A DNA stretch of 58,928 nt from Candidatus Moanibacter sp. (GTDB taxonomy: Bacteria > Verrucomicrobiota > Verrucomicrobiia > Opitutales > UBA2987): assembly GCA_965215885.1 (NCBI GenBank), contig CBDCEW010000047.1, positions 1 to 58,928 of the forward strand. Direction: 5' to 3'. Made by a program: the position numbers and the translations under genes. This document shows positions 29,763 to 39,958 of the stretch, piece after piece (the first letter of the stretch is position 1; every line of letters starts with the position of its first letter). The notes under the pieces are model-generated. The model had not been told where the DNA came from. It saw only the letters and a program-made list of their open reading frames with translations, and made no database searches.

Positions 29763-31480
29763 CCTAAAATAAGCGCGTTTAAATTGAACAGGAAATGTTA
29801 TTCTGCTAACGTTATTTGCCATGCTGGCGGTAGTTTTGCCGCCGCCACCCTTGGGCTGGTTTCATGTTTTGCCATATCCGTTCTGTTTTAACGTTAGTTC
29901 TGTCCCCTTTTTGGGATGACATCGCGGTTACTTGATCTTCTATGCAGGCGACATAGATCGGAATCGCTCCCAGGTGCTGATAAAATCTCCCATCCACTCG
30001 TTCCAGCTTAAAACGATAAACAATTCGGCGCCCGCTTCGGATGATTTGCGCAGCAAGATGATGGCGTGAAGGAAGCGCCGAAACTCCATCTTCACGATCT
30101 CCAACCCCCGCTGGCGGTTGGGCATGAGTAATCCATACCACGCCTTCAGGTTCCAGGCCAATGCTGTCATTACCAGATAGGCCCAATTGCTCAAAAGATC
30201 ATCCACGGGCATACGCATCGCATTAACCCCGTTTTTGAGTTGCTCAATAACGTTCTCCTGATCGCAGCGTTGATTCGCAAAGGCGACCACCTGCTCCTTA
30301 GTCAGGTCCCTACGATTTGTGATATAAAAAAAGTAGCGGATCTCATCAAAGAGCACTACTTCGCCCTTATGCACACTGATGTTCTTACGCACCACCACCA
30401 TCCGATAGGTCTTTTTGCACTTGTTGGGCCGATAGTCCAACTCGGCCACACTTTCTGCCTCCAGCACCTTGTTTTCAAAACCCTTCTGGTGCACGATCCC
30501 TTCCTTCACTCGCGGCGCTTTAGCTCTCGATTCGGTCGCTATTTCATGCTTGGGCAACCGCTCCAGTTCGCTCCAGGCCATCTCTCTGAACTCCTCGGCC
30601 AGTCCCACCACTTTGGGATGCGCATCCATTCCGAAGATAAATCCCGTTCCTTCTTCATCCCACCGATCGAAGTTTTCTGTCAACGAAAAGTCCGTATCCC
30701 CTCGCAAGCAGATTTTCCCCGCATGCGCACGCACAAGTTCCACCGCCCGATCAATCCACTTTACGCATCCCTCATGGCTAGTCTCATTGCCCGGTCGATT
30801 CACCATGTAGAGCACTTCCCTGGTATTTGCCAAACTCACGATCAGCGGTGCATAGCCCCAGATCCCCTTATAGCTTATTCCCATACCCCCTTTGCACTTC
30901 CCTCTCGTCTGCGCTATCGTCCCGTCCACATCGATGAACACCTCCTCCATGAATCCTTTTGCCTGCTTGTTCCACACCCCTTGCCGTATCCGGTTGATCC
31001 CTTCCATCAATTTTTCGATCGCGCCTTCATCAAAGCGTCGGGTGAAGTCTCCACTGGTCGTCGGATCCGGTATCCTCTGCGCTCCTAAGGCATTCAGAAA
31101 AACCTCGTCCTTGCGGCGCAATTCGATGTCTTCGAGCCGGATCCCTCCCAATAATGCGTTGTAGGCTATGTTGAGCACATGATCACTCTCATGATACGGC
31201 AGGTGGCGCTTGAGCAACTGCACGCTCTGGTCGAGCTCTTCCACCAACCCCAGTCTCTTCACCATCAGGTGAATCGCTCCTATCCCTCCACAACTCACCC
31301 CTTTGCCTCGTTCGGCCGTCTCGTAGTGGATGTTGCTCGCTTTGAACATCGGTTTGGCCTGTTCAGGCCAGCCCCGATTTCTAAGCCGATGCTTTATTCT
31401 TCTCTTGCTATTGTGGAGGTTCTTGCGGTATCTTCTTTTCACTCGAAACGTCCTTTTTTTCTGGGTGGTTTTTTTGGTCG
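29763..31480 (-). mobile_element. IS1380-family element, copy 2; left end missing ~80 bp; flanked by a 21-bp direct repeat
   Basis: Inverted copy of 20271-22115; ATACCCATGATCAGACACTAG at 29741-29761 and 31481-31501. Confidence 0.9.
29940..31442 (-). CDS. IS1380-family transposase, copy 2 (small indels near C-terminus)
   Basis: Near-identical to 20388-21896. Confidence 0.9.
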   Translation of the reverse strand: MKRRYRKNLHNSKRRIKHRLRNRGWPEQAKPMFKASNIHYETAERGKGVSCGGIGAIHLMVKRLGLVEELDQSVQLLKRHLPYHESDHVLNIAYNALLGGIRLEDIELRRKDEVFLNALGAQRIPDPTTSGDFTRRFDEGAIEKLMEGINRIRQGVWNKQAKGFMEEVFIDVDGTIAQTRGKCKGGMGISYKGIWGYAPLIVSLANTREVLYMVNRPGNETSHEGCVKWIDRAVELVRAHAGKICLRGDTDFSLTENFDRWDEEGTGFIFGMDAHPKVVGLAEEFREMAWSELERLPKHEIATESRAKAPRVKEGIVHQKGFENKVLEAESVAELDYRPNKCKKTYRMVVVRKNISVHKGEVVLFDEIRYFFYITNRRDLTKEQVVAFANQRCDQENVIEQLKNGVNAMRMPVDDLLSNWAYLVMTALAWNLKAWYGLLMPNRQRGLEIVKMEFRRFLHAIILLRKSSEAGAELFIVLSWNEWMGDFISTWERFRSMSPA

Positions 31481-31900
31481 ATACCCATGATCAGACACTA
31501 GTTCAGGCACGTAGTCGGGTAGTTTAGCCCAAAAGAACTCAAACTCAAATTCCTCGTCTTCCCCTTCCGATGGGTGTTTCTCAATATGCAGCCAAGTCTC
31601 TGGTGGCTCACATTCACAGGTTAGGTGATAAAAGTGACGCTCATGAATCTCGTTGCGGCCAACGTCAGACATATCTCTTTCCTGTATGCCCAAGAAGCGT
31701 TCCAATCGGAGGTCTTCTAGTCCTGTTTCTTCGATTGCCTCACGGATAACAGCAGCTTCCAGATTTTCCCCATCCTCCACAGTTCCCGCAGGAACTTGAA
31801 TGCCAGCATCGGGATATTCCGTATGACGGAAGACCAGCAATTTGTCTCCATACGTGATGTAGGCGAAGACTTTCCGTCTTATTGTTTTCTCAAAAGCCAT
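31481..31900 (-). pseudogene. NUDIX hydrolase interrupted near its C-terminus by IS1380
   Basis: QVPAGTVEDGENLEAAVIREAIEETGL; the reading frame resumes at 29740. Confidence 0.8.
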
Positions 31901-32008
31901 TCGATGGCTTGTATTAGAAATCTCTTGTTGTCGCCTTTGTCGATCAAACCGGGACCTTGCCAAGATGAAGCGCTGCCTGGAGGCAATCTTTGTCCAGAAT
32001 TGCTCTCA

Positions 32009-32330
32009 TCAAACCCTCAACCGTATCAACCCCGCCTCGGTGTGTCGAAAGCCGCAATCTTGATAGAATTTCTTGAGATGAGGTTCAAAATCGACATGGG
32101 TCCATTCGCAGGATGCCTTTCGAGCTAGTCCGATTGCTCTTCTGACTAATTCCGAGCCGATTCCCTGCCTCTTCATTGAGATCAAAACGGTGGGATCGAG
32201 TAAGAATGCATGTGAGTGTCTGTCCCAGGCAACCCAACCGTTGCCGACGAGCCTGTTTCCCTCGAACGCACCAACGGAGCCAAGGCAGTGCTAGAGGACA
32301 GCTTGGCTATCTTTCCCTTTGTGGTATTGA
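32009..32330 (-). pseudogene. GNAT acetyltransferase, degraded
   Basis: VAWDRHSHAFLLDPTV...RQGIGSELV...CEWTHVDFEPHLKKFYQDCGF read by hand; stops upstream. Confidence 0.65.
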
Positions 32331-32426
32331 TCAATTCCGTGTGGAACGCAATCCACTCCTCGTTGGTGGGCTAGGGATCTATTTTGTATTCGATCAAAGC
32401 CAAAGAATCTGTTCTGAGGGGATCTG

Positions 32427-33170
32427 ATGTCTCAGAAATATTCAAAAAGCTACTTCCAGATTCAAGCGGCGTTTGCTGAGAAGGTAGCGGAAGTGACCGA
32501 GCTGGCGTTTGAGGATGCTCTTCTCAAGTATACGGTCGTATCAAAGGGCGGAATCAATTGGGGTGGAATGCCTTGTGACAGACGCAACAGATTTTGGGTC
32601 AACTTTCTTCAGGGGCTGAAACATTCCTCATCAAAGCATGAGTTCATTCACGAATTCTATCTGAATCATACGCAGGAGGCTAATCCGAGTAACAGGAGGT
32701 TCTTCGGTTGCTTTTCCTACGCCTATCCGTGGCGCGGAACAAATAAGGTCGCTATACACTTTGTTGGCCAGAGAAACAATGGCCCTGGAGCACTTGCAAA
32801 ACCGAACGCTCAGAAAAGAAGGGGCGAACTGAAGAGGTTGTTCGAGGATGTGGGGGATCGGCACCCCGATGCGGAAAGAGTCCGTGGCAATTCGTGGATG
32901 CATAACATTGAATCCTATCGCAGGCTTTTCCCTCGGGGATATTATGATGGGGCGAAGGAAGTCCCGATTGTTAACGAGTTGAAGTATGAAGCGATTTGGG
33001 GGCAGTTTGTAGACTTCCAGTGGAAAGTGCGCAGCGATCTGGAAAAGGAATTCACAGAGTGCTTGCAGAAGCAAACAACATTTGACGGATGTCTCTCCTG
33101 TTTTCGCTACCAGACCATTAATCCAGAGTGTCCGAGCGAGATTTTTTATGACTTTTACGGAATTGCGTGA
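32427..33170 (+). CDS. Hypothetical protein
   Basis: Intact 247-aa ORF; motifs FGCFSY, VRGNSWMHNIESYRRLFP, WGQF. Confidence 0.7.
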   Translation: MSQKYSKSYFQIQAAFAEKVAEVTELAFEDALLKYTVVSKGGINWGGMPCDRRNRFWVNFLQGLKHSSSKHEFIHEFYLNHTQEANPSNRRFFGCFSYAYPWRGTNKVAIHFVGQRNNGPGALAKPNAQKRRGELKRLFEDVGDRHPDAERVRGNSWMHNIESYRRLFPRGYYDGAKEVPIVNELKYEAIWGQFVDFQWKVRSDLEKEFTECLQKQTTFDGCLSCFRYQTINPECPSEIFYDFYGIA

Positions 33171-33218
33171 TCTTGGATATAAAGGATCAAAGTTGAAGAG
33201 AATGTGTAAATTCGGCGG

Positions 33219-33971
33219 ATGAAGAAACCACCCAAGGGAATCTTCTTCGATCTCGATGACACCATTGTTTCCTTGGATGCAAGTGCGGATAGACTATGGA
33301 AGGAAGTTTGCGTCGAATTTGGGCCCAAGATTAAGGGTGCACACCACGATTCCCTGCTTTTAGCCATTGAAAAGACAAGAAAGTGGTTTTGGCAGGATGC
33401 GGAGAGACACGCTCGTGGTCGGCACAACCTAGCTAAAACTCGGCGCGAGATCGTGCGAATCGCTTTCTCAGAGAGTGGATTATCATGTTGCGATCATGCG
33501 AACGACCTAGCCGACGCGTTTACGGAACGAAGAACAGAGAAGTTGGAGCTATTCCCGCATGCTGAGCGTACGCTGGAAACCCTATCTCGGAGCGGGGTAA
33601 AGTTGGGTCTCATCACCAACGGGCATGGCGATGGTCAGCGCAAGAAGGTTGTGAAACTCAAACTCGCACGCTTTTTCGAATGTATCTTGATCGAGGGTGA
33701 AGTCGGAATTGCGAAACCTGATCCAGCGATTTTTCAGATGGCCCTTGATCGATTGGGATTGTCGGCCAGTGGCACGTGGATGGTTGGCGACAATCTTGAG
33801 TGGGATGTATCAGCTGCGCAATCAATGGGAATTTTAGGAATTTGGAATGACTTCAAACGGGAGGGGCTTCCATCGGATACCTCAATACGGCCTGACAGGA
33901 TCATCAATGAAATAGGAGAGCTAATTGAACGGTCGGAATATCACTCTTGGACAATAAGCAATACGAAATAG
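33219..33971 (+). CDS. HAD hydrolase
   Basis: FFDLDDT, LITNG, KPD, VGDNLEWD. Confidence 0.9.
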   Translation: MKKPPKGIFFDLDDTIVSLDASADRLWKEVCVEFGPKIKGAHHDSLLLAIEKTRKWFWQDAERHARGRHNLAKTRREIVRIAFSESGLSCCDHANDLADAFTERRTEKLELFPHAERTLETLSRSGVKLGLITNGHGDGQRKKVVKLKLARFFECILIEGEVGIAKPDPAIFQMALDRLGLSASGTWMVGDNLEWDVSAAQSMGILGIWNDFKREGLPSDTSIRPDRIINEIGELIERSEYHSWTISNTK

Positions 33972-34924
33972 TCTCACGAATACTGGAATCGGCTACATGT
34001 AGGTTGCCCGAGAGGGTCGAATTTATCTTTGCAGGAGCAACGAGCGATGCTTGGCAGGCTGATATGGGCACCGATACATTGATCGTTCGCATTGCACGAG
34101 AGGGAACAGGTCGACCAATTACCTATAGATCTGAGTTTCAGATTTATCGCTTGCTCCGCGAGGAAGGGTTGAACGTTCCCGAGCCAATTTTGAACAGTGA
34201 AGAAACCGATCAAATCGAAGGCGTTGCCGATGCATGGGCGATTACTCAAAAGGTGGACGGGATTCCGCTCAAGAAGACGGAATGGACGGTCGAAGCTGCG
34301 AATGATTTGGCGAGGTTTCTTTCCGTCGTTCACAATCTTCCACATTCAGGCTACGGCAGATTGGAAGAGAGAGGAGATCTCATTCGGGGGAAAGAATTGA
34401 CTCCTGTCACGGGGATTGTCGGGAGGCGGTGCTGGGGCGCGATATACCCGTTCGACGGGGAATCGCTGGACCAACATACTGTCTCACGAGTTTCGCCTGA
34501 ATTGATCACGGAGATAGAAGCCTTTAGAGATGAAATATTGCGTATTGGCTCGACAGTTGATTGTGCTCTCCTGCATTCAGACCTGCATCAGCAGCATGTT
34601 CTAATCAAGGATGGACGACTGTCGGGAGTGATTGATTTTGGAGCATCATTCATTGGTGCAAGAGCATGGGAATTCGCGACCATGGCGTACTATCACGGAT
34701 GGGAGAATGCAGAATCCGTGATCGTTCCCTACGCAAGTGATCTCGTGGAACGCGAGAGATTGCTCCTCGAATCGAAGAAGCTGGGAATTGCTATCGGACT
34801 CTATAAAATGGATCGGGCGGCAAGGCTTGGACAACCCGAAGAAAAAGTGGATATCGCGATTCAATTCGTGAACGGGACCCTTTCCAAAATGAGCGATGAA
34901 GATGTATTCCGGAGGGAAGTTTGA
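33947..34924 (+). CDS. Aminoglycoside phosphotransferase family protein
   Basis: LNVPEP, LLHSDLHQQHVL, GVIDFG. Confidence 0.8.
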   Translation: MDNKQYEIVSRILESATCRLPERVEFIFAGATSDAWQADMGTDTLIVRIAREGTGRPITYRSEFQIYRLLREEGLNVPEPILNSEETDQIEGVADAWAITQKVDGIPLKKTEWTVEAANDLARFLSVVHNLPHSGYGRLEERGDLIRGKELTPVTGIVGRRCWGAIYPFDGESLDQHTVSRVSPELITEIEAFRDEILRIGSTVDCALLHSDLHQQHVLIKDGRLSGVIDFGASFIGARAWEFATMAYYHGWENAESVIVPYASDLVERERLLLESKKLGIAIGLYKMDRAARLGQPEEKVDIAIQFVNGTLSKMSDEDVFRREV

Positions 34925-35371
34925 ATCAGAATACGACAGAGTCGGGGACTTCTACTACGACTTCATCAAGAGAGGAATCGCTGAGGAGAGATCCATCTTT
35001 CATCTGACTCGGTTGGAGATCCTCGATGAAGGATGTTCGGTTGCGATAATGGTCTCGCCGCGTTCCAGGAAGTCCCACATCTCCATTTCTCGAAGAATAA
35101 GCCGTCTAGAAAGGGAAAAACTGGACGTCTTCCGGTTCACGCCATAGAAGAGGCTCGAAAAACAGAGATCCATATGAGTAAGGAGGAATCCCACGTTCGA
35201 TAAGCATTGCGGCATCAAGCCGCTTCCTGGCCTGAGCCGGTCGAAGGCCTGCATCCCTCGCGGGTGGTCGAGCAGAATTGAGAATACCGAATACTGTCAG
35301 AATCTAGGAGCGGCTTCTTGACACGGCGAAACGTAGCGAAGCCGGTTATGCCGCGACCAAACTGAAGACCC

Positions 35372-36211
35372 ATGCAGGCCTATCTTGATCAACTCCGCTA
35401 CATTCTCGAAAATGGGATCGAGAAAACTGACCGCACGGGTGTCGGCACCCTTTGCTGCTTTGGCCTCCAGGCACGGTACAATATGGCCGATGGTTTCCCG
35501 GCCGTGACAACGAAACGCCTGGTCTGGAAGTCCATGCTATCCGAACTCCTCTGGTTCATCTCCGGGTCCGACAACATACACGACCTCAAATCGCGTCTAA
35601 AGAGTAACCGCCTCTGGGACGGGAATTACGAAGATTACCTCAGGCGTTTGGGCGTGACGGAAAATGACGGCTCAATGGGTCGCATCTACGGCGTCCAGTG
35701 GCGTCACTGGCGGGGTGACGACGGTACTACTGTGGACCAGTTACAGGATGCCATTGATCTCATTCAAAACAATCCAGCTTCGAGGCGTATACTGGTCAAT
35801 TCCTGGAACGCCGCCGAAATCGGCCTTCAGGAGGTCGCCCTGCCTCCCTGCCACTCCTTCTTTCAGTTCTTTGTAGCAGCGGGCAAATTGTCGCTTCAAA
35901 TGTACCAGCGCTCCTGCGACATGTTTCTCGGTGTGCCCTTAAACATCGCCTCCTATTCTACGCTCCTTCACATGGTCGCCAAAATTACGGACCTGGTCCC
36001 CCACGAGTTCATCCACGTCTTAGGTGATGCCCACATCTACCTCAGCCACATCGACGCAGTAAAAGAACAACTCTCGAGGACCCCTTACGTCCTGCCTCAA
36101 CTCCGGATTCGAGACCGGAAACAGCAAACCATCGACGATTTCGAAATGAACGATTTCGAGTTGATCGAGTATCAACATCACCCAACTATCAAAGCCGTAA
36201 TGGCGGTCTGA
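35372..36211 (+). CDS. thyA: Thymidylate synthase
   Basis: DRTGVGT, TTKRL, ELLWF, YGVQWR, SRRILV, LPPCH, YQRSCDMFLGVPLNIASY, DAHIY, AVMAV. Confidence 0.97.
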   Translation: MQAYLDQLRYILENGIEKTDRTGVGTLCCFGLQARYNMADGFPAVTTKRLVWKSMLSELLWFISGSDNIHDLKSRLKSNRLWDGNYEDYLRRLGVTENDGSMGRIYGVQWRHWRGDDGTTVDQLQDAIDLIQNNPASRRILVNSWNAAEIGLQEVALPPCHSFFQFFVAAGKLSLQMYQRSCDMFLGVPLNIASYSTLLHMVAKITDLVPHEFIHVLGDAHIYLSHIDAVKEQLSRTPYVLPQLRIRDRKQQTIDDFEMNDFELIEYQHHPTIKAVMAV

Positions 36212-36217
36212 ACAACA

Positions 36218-37135
36218 ATGTCTATCTTGACCAGAGAATTGGAATGTCGTCTGTTGGACGCCTGCATTGTCGCCTACGATATTAAGAACGGAAAGATCTG
36301 CTCAACGGTACCCTTTTATGAAAATATCGGGATAAAGCCGGGGACGAAACCGAGCGTCTTTGTCGACGGGCTCGAGGGGATTAATGCCGGTTTCGTGGCT
36401 GAGACCTACGATGGATGGGTATTTCTAGTCTTCCGCGGGACTCTGCCCCCGTTCAAAGGAGATTTCTGGGCCTGGGTTCTTGATTGGCTCAACGATTTCC
36501 GTATTGGACCAATGAACTGGTATGTAAACGACAGATACTTTGGGCAGGTTGAAACCGGGTTTGGAAGCGCCCTTCTAGACCTCTGGAAAAATGCGCATCG
36601 AGCACTGTCCGCTATCGATATTTGTCAGAAAAAGGGCGTCATTGTTACCGGGCATTCCAAAGGCGGTGGAATGACTTTTCCGGCCGCCACTTTAGTAAAA
36701 TGCCTATACCCCGATACGCTTGTCGAAAACTGCAGCTTTGCCGCGCCGCTCACTTGCGACCGCACCTTTCAAATCAACTATGATGCCATGGGACTGAAAC
36801 CTTTCACGGTGCGATACCAGAATCAATACGATATCGTCCCTTTTCTCCCCTATGATCCTCATTTTGGAATGCTCGCCACTGCCGAACGCCTGGCAAACAA
36901 AGGCCGCAACAATTCCATAACGCGGGAAAACTGGCCTGCGAAAATCGAAAATGATTATGTGAGAATTGGAAGTTTAAGGTATTTGGGCGATGGTTGCGTG
37001 GTCGAATATGGAGAGAAAGGTCAGGATGACGCTGATAAAGCGATCTGGCATGCACTCGACCACTTCGAGTTCGAAAAGATCGCTGACGCGCATTTGGCAT
37101 CCGGCCGTTATCATGACTGTGTCTGCGGTTCGTAG
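36218..37135 (+). CDS. Lipase class 3 family protein
   Basis: LVFRGT, VTGHSKGG (GxSxG), DIVPFLP, C-terminal His. Confidence 0.85.
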   Translation: MSILTRELECRLLDACIVAYDIKNGKICSTVPFYENIGIKPGTKPSVFVDGLEGINAGFVAETYDGWVFLVFRGTLPPFKGDFWAWVLDWLNDFRIGPMNWYVNDRYFGQVETGFGSALLDLWKNAHRALSAIDICQKKGVIVTGHSKGGGMTFPAATLVKCLYPDTLVENCSFAAPLTCDRTFQINYDAMGLKPFTVRYQNQYDIVPFLPYDPHFGMLATAERLANKGRNNSITRENWPAKIENDYVRIGSLRYLGDGCVVEYGEKGQDDADKAIWHALDHFEFEKIADAHLASGRYHDCVCGS

Positions 37136-37160
37136 AACTTGAAAACACCCCGTCCTGGGC

Positions 37161-37680
37161 AGCCGCAACCAAAAAAGAAGAAGAGAACCGCAGATGCACG
37201 CAGATGGACGCGAATAAAGAGGAATGACCACGAATTCGACAGGCTCATCCCGGCAAGCCGGGAATTCGAGAATACCGTGGATTGAATGAACGTGAAATTC
37301 GGACTTGCCGGCACCAGAAGATATCCTTCGAAGTGAGGTCGATCTGGATCAGCGTGACCGCGGATTTCGCGGATGGCACGGATAGAGAGAAGACATAGGT
37401 TTCGCAGTCGCAGGATGGAGAATAGGGTGTCGATTCCGCTGAGCGGGACCAACTCGCTTACGCGAGAGAAGAAACACAAAGAAGAGCTTTCCCAAAAGCG
37501 CTGTTCGTGGACTAGAATGCAGTCGCGCTCTTGGGAAAGCTCTTCTTTGCGTTTCAGGCTCCGCCTTAGAGCAAAGAGGTCCCGCCCAGCGGAATCGACA
37601 CCTACCTCGGTTTATAGTTCAGGCAAATCTCTGCCTGACCTGAGCGTAGTCGAAGGGCTTTCCTGCCTTCCTTATTCAAA
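37161..37680 (+). repeat. Composite non-coding repeat, copy B (contains a 177-bp TIR element at 37426-37602)
   Basis: Collinear with copy A; extra CCTGAGCGTAGTCGAAGG REP at ~37639. Confidence 0.85.
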
Positions 37681-38034
37681 TGTCATTCTCGTAGAGTCTG
37701 CTGTACAGCAGATCCATGGTACTGCGGAGCTCCAGGCGCGCCGGGATGGGAATACTCTTCTCATTCCTCTTTGTTTCCTTCTGTTCATTACTCTTCTCCA
37801 CGTGAAGACCTACTAGATTGGTTTTGGCCGAAGGCTGCCTGAGGAAAAGTCCTTTCCGTCTTGCCCGGGATTTAGCTTTGCACGCTTTGGGTTCTTGAGC
37901 TAGAGGGGCTTCTTATTCTACCTACCAATTGCTAAACGGCGCAATGAGACACAGCCCCTGAGCAAATCAGGCGCACGAAGGAGTTCTCAGGTCTGTGTTC
38001 AGATAGCTCTGCGTTTATAGTGAAGAAACTTGAC

Positions 38035-38114
38035 GGCTAACCAAAGCCTGTTCGAAAAGTATCATTTGGTCGCGAGAGTCCTTTCGGATATTCTGCGAGA
38101 AATGCGGGTTAGGT
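38035..38114 (+). other. Possible degenerate attC
   Basis: GGCTAAC ... GTTAGGT 31 bp before the GNAT start; partial inner pairing. Confidence 0.35.
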
Positions 38115-38145
38115 GCCTGGTGACTAAAGGAATAGACCGATAGGA

Positions 38146-38916
38146 GTGGCTATGGTGATAAAGCTAAACAGTGACAACCGACCTTGCGCCAAGAATCTCT
38201 TCGATCCCTACCCATATGTCCGCGGATGTATGGCGGCGGTCATCGAAAATGGTATGGGGAAGGTTTTTGCTGACTCGGAAGACGAGCCCAGCGTAGCTCT
38301 CGCCGTGCTCTGGTTCAATTTCCTGGCGGGTGATGCACTCCATGAGGATGCACCGCTTCTTTTAGACTTGATGAAGCCCGGTAAGCAGATAATTGCGCCA
38401 ACCCCTGCTTGGGAGCAGCTGTTAGTTGCTACGTATCCGGGCAAATTGACTGCGTATTCACGGGAAGCATTCCAGTTGAAATATCCTGGTATCGATAAGC
38501 TGCGAAGGTTCCGTAAGTCACTGGCGGGCGAGTATGAGTTTCGGCAGGTGAAACTTGCGGAGGTCACGAAATTCGAGACCCTTGCGCCTTTCGCTGAGAA
38601 TTTTATTTCCCACGAGGATTTCGTAACAAGGGGAGTCGGTTTTGGAGTTCTTCACGATGGCATGTATGTTTCCGGTGCTGCCTCCGGAGCGATCGGCGGG
38701 GGGAAGGTGGATATCATGGTTCAGACACACCGCCAGTTTCGTCGACAAGGATTGGCCAGGGCTGTCTCAGCGGCTCTTATGCTTTATTGTCTGGAGCACG
38801 CCCTGGAGCCATGCTGGGACGCAGCCAATGAGCCCTCTTCAGCCCTCGCCCGACAGCTTGGCTTTCGCTCGACCGGGAAGTACAATGTTTACAGAATAGA
38901 ACAAATAAAGCAATGA
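38146..38916 (+). CDS. GNAT acetyltransferase
   Basis: THRQFRRQGLA, PCWDAANEPSSALARQLGF. Confidence 0.85.
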   Translation: MAMVIKLNSDNRPCAKNLFDPYPYVRGCMAAVIENGMGKVFADSEDEPSVALAVLWFNFLAGDALHEDAPLLLDLMKPGKQIIAPTPAWEQLLVATYPGKLTAYSREAFQLKYPGIDKLRRFRKSLAGEYEFRQVKLAEVTKFETLAPFAENFISHEDFVTRGVGFGVLHDGMYVSGAASGAIGGGKVDIMVQTHRQFRRQGLARAVSAALMLYCLEHALEPCWDAANEPSSALARQLGFRSTGKYNVYRIEQIKQ

Positions 38917-39152
38917 AAGAGAGCGCGCGTTACGTTAAGATCGTCGAGTGGTCGGAAGAAGACCAATGTTTCGTTGGAAGTTGCCCCGGCCTTTTCTACG
39001 GTGGCTGCCATGGGGATGACGAAAGAGAATTATTCGAGGAACTGTGCCAGATGGTTGACGAATCGATCGCATTGTATCACCAGGACGGAAAGACGTTACC
39101 GCCTCCTACAAGCGGTCACGATCTGGTAAATCAGTTGGCCGACATCGCATAG
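38913..39152 (+). CDS. HicB-like antitoxin (orphan)
   Basis: VEWSEEDQCFVGSCPGL, GCHGDD, GKTLPPP. Confidence 0.75.
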   Translation: MKESARYVKIVEWSEEDQCFVGSCPGLFYGGCHGDDERELFEELCQMVDESIALYHQDGKTLPPPTSGHDLVNQLADIA

Positions 39153-39265
39153 CAATACACGGGAGGCGATGACGGTTTGTGAGGCAGGGATCAAGTAATT
39201 ATCTCGGCCCTGGCATGCGTCTGCTATAGCATCATCGAAAAACAGTGAGCGAAACAACCCTTCCG

Positions 39266-39361
39266 ATGCAGCCTTTGCTGATTGTTGTCACTGGACGACC
39301 AGGTTCCGGAAAGACGACGCTTGCGCACTCCGTGGCGCGAGCTGTTAGATGTCCTGCCTGA
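39266..39361 (+). pseudogene. P-loop kinase N-terminal fragment
   Basis: MQPLLIVVTGRPGSGKTTLA read by hand. Confidence 0.6.
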
Positions 39362-39376
39362 AACGACTGAGACTAT

Positions 39377-39613
39377 GTGAAGTCGGGTACGGTTCGTAAA
39401 AAAAGAAGGAAGATGGAAGGTTTGGCGGAAGAATTCCTTGAGTGGGTCAATTCGGTTGCGGAAGTCCCTGAGCTTCCTGGGTGCATGGCACATGGAAGTA
39501 CCAAGGCAGCAGCGATTCAAAACGCAGAAAAGGCGATTGCTCTTTGGGTAAGGACGGCGCAGGAGGATGGGTTATCGGTTCCGGAGCCCAGAGGGAAGCT
39601 CATGTACGCCTGA
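39377..39613 (+). CDS. HicB-family antitoxin (orphan; N-terminus uncertain)
   Basis: VAEVPELPGCMAHG, AIALW, VPEPRGKL. Confidence 0.75.
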   Translation: MKSGTVRKKRRKMEGLAEEFLEWVNSVAEVPELPGCMAHGSTKAAAIQNAEKAIALWVRTAQEDGLSVPEPRGKLMYA

Positions 39614-39958
39614 TCTGTCGGCAAGATTTGGCATAAGCAGGCGCTGCTGACAGAGCCCATTGAGGCCGTAGAGCCTGCCGAATCGTCGAACGGGCTACCA
39701 AAGAGTCACGATTGAAATAGCAACGCCCAACACTCAACGTCCAAGTGGAACCTGTTGGTGAATGAGCATTTGATTGGCGATTTTCGAGCTATCCTTTTTC
39801 TCGGTCAATCGGATGATTTGCGGCCGATGCTAAGTTAGGTCGAATACCGACGAACTTACGACCCAAAATGGCCTTCGAATACAAGAGTGTTGTCCCGTGG
39901 GGAAGAAACTTTGATGAATACTGTCGGATGTTTGACCTCCGGGAAAGAGATCTGGCTA

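Noticed and set aside
20271..31480. Inversion of the minus-strand block by recombination between the inverted IS1380 copies
   Set aside because: Each copy retains its own matching flanking duplication, and minus-strand genes continue beyond copy 2
39300..39350. GTTAGAT as an attC R' box
   Set aside because: It lies within a P-loop kinase coding fragment and has no matching left arm
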